In this document: in pieces, positions 53,830 to 64,000 of the stretch
How positions within the stretch are numbered: the first letter of the stretch is position 1
How the letters are laid out: each line of letters begins with the position of its first letter
NCBI RefSeq assembly: GCF_006345805.1
Contig: NC_043005.1
Coordinates: 79,980,001 to 80,044,000 of the forward strand
Source: Octopus sinensis
Taxonomy: Eukaryota
Direction of reading: 5' to 3'
DNA length: 64,000 bases
The notes under the pieces: generated by a model
The model's database searches: none
What the model was told of the DNA's origin: nothing
What the model saw: the letters and a program-made list of their open reading frames with translations, nothing else
Made by a program: the position numbers and the translations under genes

Positions 53830-54330
53830 GGAACAACACAAGTGCTTTCCTGAACTTTTTTTCCTTCTCTGGACCTTTCCTTTCTCCTCTTTCTGACGAA
53901 GCGCTATGCTTCCTCATTGATTCTCTCGTTGCTCACATGTGACCAGCGGCTATCTTTCTTTCACCCCCTTACGCATATTTGCTTGTCTCCTGTCAAAGCT
54001 TGTTTCTCCATCGTTCACCATTTCACCTCTTTTTGGCTTACCAGTCTTTACCGTTTGTTTTAAGTGTCCTGTTCTTTTTATCCTTTTAACCTTCCGCAAA
54101 TCCCAAATTCTATTGAATTTGCGGGAATTACTGTTTTGATGAAGACGCATCTTGTCCTAACGTTCGAAATGCGGAGTAGATGAAACAGGGGACAACTGAT
54201 GAAGGGATTGTTCTTTATGTTTCTCATTTTCTTTCTTTCGTTGTTCGAAAAAATTTCGTTTTCCATGTCATTGTTTTTCATGTTCTTGTTTTTCATGTTT
54301 TTCACGTTTTTTGACGTCCTGTACCCTTGT
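53830..54330 (+). repeat. Unclassified repeat, possibly derived from a Penelope-like element
   Basis: Homologous in part to 6170-6355; contains ctgacga, ttgatga...cgaaa and ctgatga motifs. Confidence 0.35.
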
Positions 54331-54489
54331 ATGCATGTGTATATACATATATATGTAGGTATGTACATGTATGCATATATGTATATATATACATTTATGT
54401 GCATATATATATATGCATATGCATATATATTTCTTAAGGCGCGTGGTGAGGAATAAAGCGCACCCTCGTTATAATTATTTATATAATTA

Positions 54490-54551
54490 TAAGATATTTT
54501 ATGCATACATGTAAATAAACATACTATACATATATATATATACATACATAT

Positions 54552-54604
<53 letters not shown>

Positions 54605-55431
54605 GATATATATATATATATATGCATACACACATATATATATATTCATATATATATATAATTATATATACACATACATACATATATATATACACACACA
54701 TATATATATATATACATACATATATATGTACATTTATATACATACATATATATATATATAATATACATATATATATATATCATATATATAACCATATATA
54801 TACATATATATGTATATATACATATATAAATATATATATGTCTATATATATATACACACATATATATATATAGATATAAATGTATATATACTTATATATA
54901 TATATATGCATATATGTATATACACACATATAAATATACATACATGCACACATATATACACACACACACACATATATATATATACATACACTATATATAT
55001 ATGCATATATATATATATATATAGACGATATATGCATATATGCATATATATATATACATATATGCATACGTACATAATACGTATATATATTTATATATTA
55101 TATATAATATATATATACATAATACATGCATACATACATAATACATACATAGATACAACAAAATACATACATACATACATACATACATACATACATACAT
55201 ACATACATACATACATACTTATATATCTGATGTGCTTCCGCCTTACAGCTTCCGACAACCACGATTCGTCGGTTAACACAAAGATATTTGCCCAAGAGAC
55301 CGTGAACTAAAACCGAAATCAGAACCACGTAATCATGAACCGAACTATTTAACCGCACAAACATGTCAGCGCCCACTTACGCATCTATGCATGCTTGTAT
55401 ATATGCATGTAAGTCATATATATATATATAT

Positions 55432-55465
<34 letters not shown>

Positions 55466-55644
55466 ATTATGATATTATAATATATATATATATATATGAT
55501 GATATATATATAATATTTATATATGTATATATATATATATATATGATGATATATATATATATATTTTATATCTGTATCTATATATAATATGATGATAATA
55601 TATATATATATATATGATATATATATATATGATATATATATTTG

Positions 55645-55690
<46 letters not shown>

Positions 55691-55790
55691 GATATAATAC
55701 ATACATATATATACATATATATATATACATATATATATATATATCAAGATACATACATATACGCATATATGTGTGTTTGTATATGCTTGT
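54490..55790. repeat. Extended (TA)n/(CATA)n microsatellite field
   Basis: Directly visible; it is the source of all the YI-rich ORFs here. Confidence 0.95.
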
Positions 55791-57267
55791 ATATGTTATA
55801 AATATGCATGCATTATTGATTGGTTTTCTTCCCCTTCATCCTTTCTGTTCATTTACATTTCCTTCCTAGCCTCTCCCTCGATCTTCCTACATGCAACAGC
55901 AGACTACCCTTTAATACATGTCTAATTGTACCTCTATTGATAACAGTGAGTGTTTAGCGTGTCTAAACCTTAACGAGCAAACATAACTAAACTACGATGC
56001 TAATCCCACGAAAACAAGGAAAACAAACCCTAATGCAAAGCCGGATACGACCGATGAATAAATAAGTTTATAATAAAATTCCACCACCTTCTCCTAACAA
56101 TATATACATCGGTTTAAAAGCCAAGGAATGTTACTCAGCTTATTGTTAAAAACCATCGGCTTTTATTCGTGATTAAACAGTTGTACATGAAAGAGCACTT
56201 ATGTTTCATTGTTTTGTAATTAGAAGACAGGGGTGGAATTCAATTTGAGTTTAGTCAACATTAAATCAATATATTGGCGGCAAATAATTTCTTGAATGAA
56301 ATCATTTTCATAATAAACCTGTAGAGAACCGTGGATCAGCTAGTCGAACCGACTACATTACTGACTGGTGTTTAATAAACTTGTGTTTCTGAGTTCGAAT
56401 AGTATCGCAAGACTGACGAAAGAGAATTATAAGCGTGCCTCAGTTGTTAGATTTAAACATGGGTTTTTCATCTGAATACACCCAGCTTTGCTATTGATTT
56501 TGTTTATGTGGTGCTGATTAGAGTTGTTGCTTTTCTTTTTAATACTGATCAGCTCTAACTGACTGAACCTACGATCAAAGGCTTTCTTTTTTCAAGTTTT
56601 ATGTACGCTATGTAAGACTACATTGTCAAGTATGTTCTTTTGAAAGGTTATAATTTGTAGGAGATTTAACGGTTATTATTGGTCTCAAATTTTTGCACAA
56701 GGCCAGCACATTGTGTGGAAGGGTACAAGTCGATTACATCGAGCCCCATGCTAAACTGGTACTTATTTTACAAGAAATGATGAAGTGACCTCGGCGGAAA
56801 TTGAACTTAGAACATAAAACCACTAATCATTTTGCCCGGTATGTTAACGATTGTGCCACCTCGCAGCCTTAGTTTAAACTTCTAATATTAGCGACTTATA
56901 TGCATGGCGTGTTATATTTAATTTCATGTCAACTTTATCAGGTGAAGGCACCGGGTGATTTGTGGATTTCATGCCGGGCAATTATATGGATCCAGTTGAA
57001 CTTATATTACAACCATACATGCTATGATATTTAGAATCTGCTTATAGAATATTCTATGTCCTCGTACTTCTTATTTTTCGTTGTTTATGATTTGTGACGT
57101 CCTGCGCATACATATGCATACATATATATGTATACATGTATGTACGTATACATGTATGTACATATACATGTATATATGCATATATATGGATATTATTTAT
57201 ATTATATATATATACACATATATATATATATATATATATGCGTATATATATATATACATATATATTA

Positions 57268-57658
57268 ACTAGCAGTATCGCCCGGCGTTGCTCGGGTTTG
57301 TTTCGACCCGCTGGAAGTGAAATTTTTGAAAAGTAAAAATGTTGCATTATGTAGCTTGTTATTCTCTTCAAGTTAACATTTTTCTGGTTGAAATACACCG
57401 AAAAGTGGCGACACAGCAGTGAAAAAATCGTAAAAAATAGGGATTTTCATAGAAAAAAGCACCTTTTTGATGTAAATAATTTTTGGTATTAACATGGTCC
57501 GATTTGAATTTTATCTCCTACGGAAGGAAGAGCAACCCTTCTTCTATCATACTCTCGATTTTGATCAACTTGCGCCGCAGGGTCTCGGAGGAGATAGTGT
57601 TAGTTGAAGGCTACCAAACCTGCCGCACACAGACAACTTCAGCTTTATATATAGAGAT
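57268..57658 (+). mobile_element. Helentron/HINE-like non-autonomous element, copy 1
   Basis: 5' actagc plus the hairpin cccggcgttgctcggg; 3' caacttcagctttatatatagagat. This resembles the Helitron2/HINE terminal architecture. Confidence 0.55.
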
Positions 57659-58404
57659 AACACACACACATTAATACACATACATACATACACACACACA
57701 CATGTATGTGTGTATGGATGTATGTATGTATATATGTACATGTGTCCACTTCTTGCCATATTTTTATCCTTCACTTCCTACATACACACACACACACACA
57801 CACCACACACACTCACACACACGCACGCACGCACACATACGCACACACACCTTCTTAGCTTACAATTTCATCTTTCAACAATTGACAACTGAAGTACGCT
57901 CGCCAATGAATACTACCAAAAGTTAGCGACAGATCTCTGTTTCCTTTTTTTTGTTTGAGGATTGGTTTAAGCATTAATAAGAGAAAGTAGCAGAATGTGT
58001 GATGTTGAATAAGAGTTGCAGAAAGAGGATATGGTAGTGGTATACACTTGCAAGGTGAAAGTAGGAGAAAGTGTGGTAATAGCAGGAGCAAAGCATTTGA
58101 AATGAGAGAGGCAAATCGTAAAATATTGAGTTTTCTCGAATTTTTGCTTAATTGGGGGTGAAATTGAAAAAAATGTATATGCCATAACCCAATGGAATCT
58201 ACTTCGAAAAACCATAGGTAAATTCCAATTGAAGGCATTCTATATTGTACAATTGTATTAAAAACAAACTATTTGAGAGGCAGAGAAAATCTGCCTCTTA
58301 GCATAAGAGATACACACACACACACACACACACAAACACACATATATATATATATTATATATATATATATATATTAATGGCTTATATATATATCAGCTAT
58401 ATTA

Positions 58405-58796
58405 ACTAGCAGTATCGCCCGCGTTGCTCGGGTTTGTTTCGACCCGCTGGAAGTGAAATTTTTGAAAAGTAAAAATGTTGCATTATGTACCTTGTTATTC
58501 TCTTCTCTTCAAGTTAACATTTTTCTGGTTGAAATACCCCGAAAAGTGGCGACACAGCAGTGAAAAAATCGTAAAAAATAGGGATTTTCATAGAAAAAGC
58601 ACCTTTTTGATGTAAATAATTTTTGGTATTAACATGGTCCGATTTGAATTTTATCTCCTACGGAAGGAAGAGCAACCCTTCTTCTATCATACTTCGATTT
58701 TGATCAACTTGCGCCGCAGGGTCTCGGAGGAGATAGTGTTAGTTGAAGGCTCCCAACCTGCCGCACACAGACAACTTCAGCTTTATATATAGAGAT
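58405..58796 (+). mobile_element. Helentron/HINE-like element, copy 2
   Basis: Near-identical to copy 1. Confidence 0.55.
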
Positions 58797-58928
58797 AACA
58801 CACACACATTAATACACATACATACATACACACACACACTGTATGTGTGTTATGGATGTATGTATGTATATATGTACATGTGTCCACTTCTTGCCATATT
58901 TTTATCCTTCACTTCCTACATACATACA

Positions 58929-58961
<33 letters not shown>

Positions 58962-59492
58962 ACACGCACGCACGCACACATACGCACCACACCTTCTTAG
59001 CTTACATTTTTTTCTTTCAACAATTGACAACTGAAGTACCGCTCGCCATGATGATATACTACCAAAAGTTAGCGACAGATCTCTGTTTCCTTTTTTTTGT
59101 TTGAGGATTGGTTTAAGCATTAATAAGAGAAAGTAGCAGAATGTGTGATGTTGAATAAGAGTTGCAGAAAGAGGATTGGTAGTGGTATACACTTGCAAAG
59201 TGAAAGTAGGAGAAAGTGTGGTAATAGCAGGAGCAAAGCATTTGAAATGAGAGAGGCAAATCGTAAAATATTGAGTTTTCTCGAATTTTTGCTTAATTGG
59301 GGGTGAAATTGAAAAAAATGTATATGCCATACCCCAATGGAATCTACTTCGAAAAACCATAGGTAAATTCCATTGAAGAATTCTATATTGTACAATTGTA
59401 TTAAAACAAACTATTTGAGAGGCAGAGAAAATCTGCCTCTTAGCATAAGAGATACACACACACACACACACACCACACACATATATATATAT

Positions 59493-59886
59493 ACTAGCAG
59501 TATCGCCCGGCGTTGCTCGGGTTGTAAGGGAAAAAACTATATAAGCATTTTTAGAGAGTTATAGCCAAAAAATAGCAAAAAAATGCATTAAAAATTGAAA
59601 AAAAATTAAGGTAAATTTCTTTTTAAATCGTTGACACATCGTAGATATTTTAGAGAGTTACTTCCCTTATGTAAAAGCGAAAAAAATGCATTAAAATGGA
59701 AAAATATGATGGTAAATTTTTTAAAATCGTAGACTCATCGTAGACGCGCGCTAATACCCAGAAGGGCTCGATATGAATCACGACTATAAGATACCCGCTT
59801 TTGGTAAACTGCACCGCAAAATGTGGGAGTAATTACGAATGTAAATCGAAGGGGACAGACACACAACTTCACTCTTATATAAAGAT
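59493..59886 (+). mobile_element. Helentron/HINE-like element, second subfamily
   Basis: Same ~30-nt 5' end, a different interior, and a similar 3' end (caacttcactcttatataaagat). Confidence 0.55.
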
Positions 59887-60214
59887 GCTTTTTTTTTTCA
59901 GTCATAGAGTTAGATTTATGAAGGTCTTCAGTAGACAATCCTTCGAATTCTGACTCGCTGCTTGATATAATGAAATTCGTATCCATTTTTTGTCAGAATT
60001 ACAAATTTTGAAAACACAATAGGAACAAATTTCGGAAAAAATCTCCCATAATTCACGGAATTAAAATTACACTTCGATTTTTGTACAAAACTATATTTGA
60101 AGTGTTTACGAAGTATAATACGTGTTTTCACGAATGTACTAAAGAGATTTACTCTGATATTCTCATTTAAATATGAATAGGTAAATTCGGGCGGTTTGGT
60201 AACGAAAGGGTTTA
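59887..60214 (-). mobile_element. piggyBac-like left end with a truncated acidic N-terminus
   Basis: On the minus strand, TAAA-CCCTTTCGTTACC terminus, then MDTNFIISSSESEFEGLSTEDL from 59986, truncated at the HINE-like element. Confidence 0.45.
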
Positions 60215-60657
60215 TATAAGTGTCGTCTGTTTATACATAAACACTGTTTCATACTTTCAGTTTAGTCTTCCTCAAATCACTGTCGCTAATTTACTCTCTT
60301 CCAAGAACATTTTCACTCAGTGTTATCTGTTAGCTTCCCATACATTTTACTCATGTATCTATCAGCGTGATAGACAGAAACACATATTACATTTACTTTC
60401 ATTTTATTCGTTGCCCACTGTGTGTGTGCGTTTGCGTGTGGTGTAAACCAGACTAAGAAAAGCATTTGACACACACACCAGAATGTGAGTTTTCTGTAAA
60501 TATTGCTTAATTGGAGTTTAAATTTTAAAAACTGGACCTGGCATGACGCGATGCATTGTACTCTTAAAATGGTAGGTAAATTGTAATTGAAGAAATCCTA
60601 TATTGTAGATTTGTATAACTCCCAAAGGGAGGCAGATAAAATCTGCCTTTTATAATA

Positions 60658-60969
<312 letters not shown>

Positions 60970-61521
60970 AAAATAAGATACTAAATTCAAGCTGTGTCCT
61001 CTTGGAGCACTTTGCGAATAAGTGTTTTATCTTAAATGAGTCATAGACAGCTAAATGAAAGCTCTGGTGAATCGTATTTGCAGAGTAAGTATGAATTGGT
61101 CCCAAATTTTGACATAAGGCCAGCAGTTTCGAAGGAGCGTCTAAGTTAATTGCATTGACCCCAGTACTCAATTGGTACTTATTTTATCGATCCCGGAAGG
61201 ATGAAAGGCAAAGTCGACCTTGGCGAGATTTGAACTTAGAATGCCAGGACGGACGAAATGAGGCTAAGCATTTTGCAAGGCGTGCAAATGATAAAGCCAG
61301 CTGCCGCCAAAGTAGTAAGTATATATAAAATTCAAATTTTACCAAAAGGCCAAAAAGTTTGGGAAGGGGCTAAGTCTATTAGCTAGACCTCTAGTGTTCA
61401 GCAGGTTTGTATGTTTAGCAAGCACAGAATGATGGATTGCAAAGTCGACTCGGCGGAATTTCAACTCAGAACTTATAGACGGGCGAGATGCCGCTAAGCA
61501 TTCTGCCCGGGATGCTAACGA

Positions 61522-62140
61522 TTCTTTTCTTACTTTAGCCGCAAAGCCCGAAATTTTGGAGTGGTGGGGCCAGTCAATCACATCGACCCCAGTACGGAAC
61601 TGGTACTTAATTTATCGACCCCGAAAGGATGAAAGGCAAAGTTAACTTTTACTAAATTTTAACTCATAACGTAAAGACAAACGAAATACCGCCAAGCATT
61701 TTTCCAGGCTTGCTAACGTTTCTTATTTTTTATTGCCTACATGGGGCTAAACATAGAAAGGACAAACAAAGACAGACAAAGGGATTAAGTCGATTACATC
61801 GACCCTAGAGCCTAACTGGTACTTAATTTATCGATCCTAAAAGGATGAAAGGCAAAGATGACCTCGGCGCAATTTGAACTCAGAACGTAACGGCAGACGA
61901 AATACCTATTTCTTTACTACCCACACGGTGCTGAACACAGAGGGGACAAACAAGGACAGACAAACGGATTAAGTCGATTATATCGACCCCTGTGCGTAAC
62001 TTGTACTTAATTTATCGACCCCGAAATGATGAAAGGCAAAGTCGACCTCGGCGGAATTTGCACTCAGAACGTAGCGGCAGACGAAATACCACCAAGCATT
62101 TCGTTCAACGTGCTAATATTTCTACCAGCTCGCCGCCATA
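61522..62140 (-). mobile_element. SINE family A trimer, with further degenerate copies at 61090-61520 and 62215-62310
   Basis: One head at about 62140 and internal units repeating on the minus strand. Confidence 0.85.
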
Positions 62141-63022
62141 TGTGTGAGTAAATATTAAACCAAAGACCAGAAAGTTTGGTTTATCTTTTAGTAAAAATAA
62201 AATGCAAAGAATGCTCTGATAAAAATTGAACTCAGAACGTAAGGGCGTGACGAAATACCGTGAGGCATTTTTTGTTCGTCACTAATGATTCTGCCATCTG
62301 CTCTCTTCCAAATGAAAATATATGAATGAAAAAAAAATTGTGCTGCTTTGTGAAGAAAACCATCAACACGAGCAAACAAGCATGGCCCATTGTTCTCACA
62401 TAAGGCTACATTGTTACGTTCTAATCAACAGTTACCTATCTATTAAATGATACAAAAGCTTCTTGTTTAACACCAATGAGAAGGTAACCTCAATACTGAT
62501 ATTAAGGTTTGTTTATTTTATAATGCTCGTTTTTTATTTTTCTTTCTGTTACAGTTGTAGTCCAGTTGTAACCTCTTTGTTAGAGAACAAAACTTTTGCT
62601 CCGCTAACCCCTCAATTACAACTCATTTTATTTTCCCCTCTTTTTTTTTACTTATTATTATTTCGAACACAAATTCAAACCCTCCATATGTTCCCTCCAA
62701 CTTCGTTTATACATAGTTTCTCACTTGTTCTCTCCTTTATCCCCTACACTCTTTAAATCGCCCCCTCTTTTTAAATATTTTTGTGTGTTTGTACGTTTAT
62801 TTTTAAGCCCTCTTTCACTACTCTTGTGACCAATAAAGATATCATTATCTTATTATCATTATTTTATTATTATTGTGAAATAATATTCATTTCCTGCCAT
62901 TAATAATATTTTCATTTGAAATGAATTTCATTTTCTTGCATTGACCTGGTTAAAAATAACATACTTGACAATATGTCTTGTATTTATTGTAATTATTTAT
63001 GTATTAGTATCATCCTGAGCAT

Positions 63023-63163
63023 ATGTGTATGCAGGTATATGTATTATGGGGGTGTTTGTACACAACAATCATAGTGTTAAGACAAACAACAGAGGCGGGT
63101 GGCACAGAAATTGATATCACAAGTGCAGCTGCCGGGAGACGTGTGCATATTTTTGTCAATGAG
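63023..63163 (+). CDS. Candidate first coding exon of a secreted or membrane protein
   Basis: 47 open codons, MCMQVYVLWGCLYTTIIVLRQTTEAGGTEIDITSAAAGRRVHIFVNE. The N-terminus is hydrophobic with a TEA/G cleavage-like site, the core is GC-enriched against very AT-rich flanks, and it ends in phase 0 at the donor GAG|GTATAA. Confidence 0.45.
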
Positions 63164-63601
63164 GTATAAGTTTAAAAAAAAAACCTTTCTATGATTTATT
63201 ACCAAGTCAAAGGAAACAAAGGGGAATAAACGACTTATCTTTCAACGAAACTCTCTATCACAAATGGAAGGGATTCGTTTCTGCTTGTTTGCGTTGTCTT
63301 TTTATATTTCTTCTATATTTGTTTGGTTGTTAGAAGGGCTGGTTTGATATTTGAATAAATATAATAAAAATTGATATTTGGCGGGATGTATAATCCTTAT
63401 TTTGATCACGTACAATTAATAAACTCTCACCCTATCAGTAGCACTATTGATTTCGAGAGTGATACCTTTTGTAGAGGCCTTAACAAATGTAACAGATATA
63501 TATCTACAGCAGACAGCCGAAAAGTTAAGAACAGCCTATTCATCAAGAACTTACAATCAGTTACACTTTATTGACAACAAAGTTGTCGGTATACTCAGAA
63601 A

Positions 63602-64000
63602 GTATTTGGCTATCTGATAAATTCGATCGTTTTTTTTTCTCCATTTATTTTTCTCCTTACATTTCGTCAACAAATCAGTCAGTAATATATTCTCTTTCAT
63701 TGTTTAGGACTTCTTACAATGTTCCTCTTGCTTGTCAATATCTTGCCGCCAAATATCACCAGTTTTTGAATCAAAGAATTCATAGAACCACGTTTTCAAT
63801 TCCACGTCTTTGTTGAACTGAACGCTTCACAATGTTGACGAGCTACCCAAAGAGGCGATAATCAGAAGGTGCTATTTCGCGTGAATATGGTGGGTCTGTT
63901 AGACCTTCACATCCGAGTCCTCGAATAGCATGTATTTCTTAGTCAATTTAACTATGTGGGGGCGACCATTGTCGTGTTGAAGACGCACACCTTTGCCGGT
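63602..64000 (-). mobile_element. Mariner transposase relic, C-terminus and right end
   Basis: GVRLQHDNGRPH, PPYSREIAPSDYRLF and FFDSK...EYITD* correspond to the mariner HDNARPH and YSPDLAPSDYHLF motifs. Frameshifted; a TIR-like end lies near 63602. Confidence 0.85.

Larger units (their letters stand above)
57268..59492 (+). repeat. Tandem duplication of a composite unit of about 1.1 kb (1137 and 1088 bp)
   Basis: Units start at actagcagtatcgccc at 57268, 58405 and 59493; the first two match throughout. Confidence 0.9.

Overview
AT-rich eukaryotic, almost entirely non-coding DNA packed with microsatellites ((TA)n, (CA)n, (GATA)n, (ATGT)n, (ATT)n) and dozens of tRNA-derived SINE copies from three families, called A, B and C here. 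The repeat repertoire matches what I recall of Octopus genomes; that is an inference, not a search result. Nearly all entries in the ORF track are translations of microsatellites or SINEs. Recognisable protein-coding relics all come from transposons: a clean 3' CR1-type LINE fragment (38583-39356), several RTE LINE relics, two mariner transposase relics, an R4/Dong-like 3' end in a (TAA)n tract, a probable L1/Tx1-like 3' end in a (GATA)n tract, a piggyBac-like end, and a tandem Helentron/HINE-like array. The best host-gene candidate is a signal-peptide-like exon at 63023-63163. The most notable structure is: (1) SINE-A shares a 41-nt 3' tail with the putative Tx1-like LINE end and forms head-to-tail multimers at several loci; (2) there are several fold-back duplications, two of them adjacent and centred on (TA)n; (3) a SINE-derived cassette with splice signals is tandemly duplicated; (4) there is a decayed hammerhead-like motif. 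There is one 100-N assembly gap. Repeat boundaries were read by eye and are approximate (about 10-20 nt); identities are eye counts.
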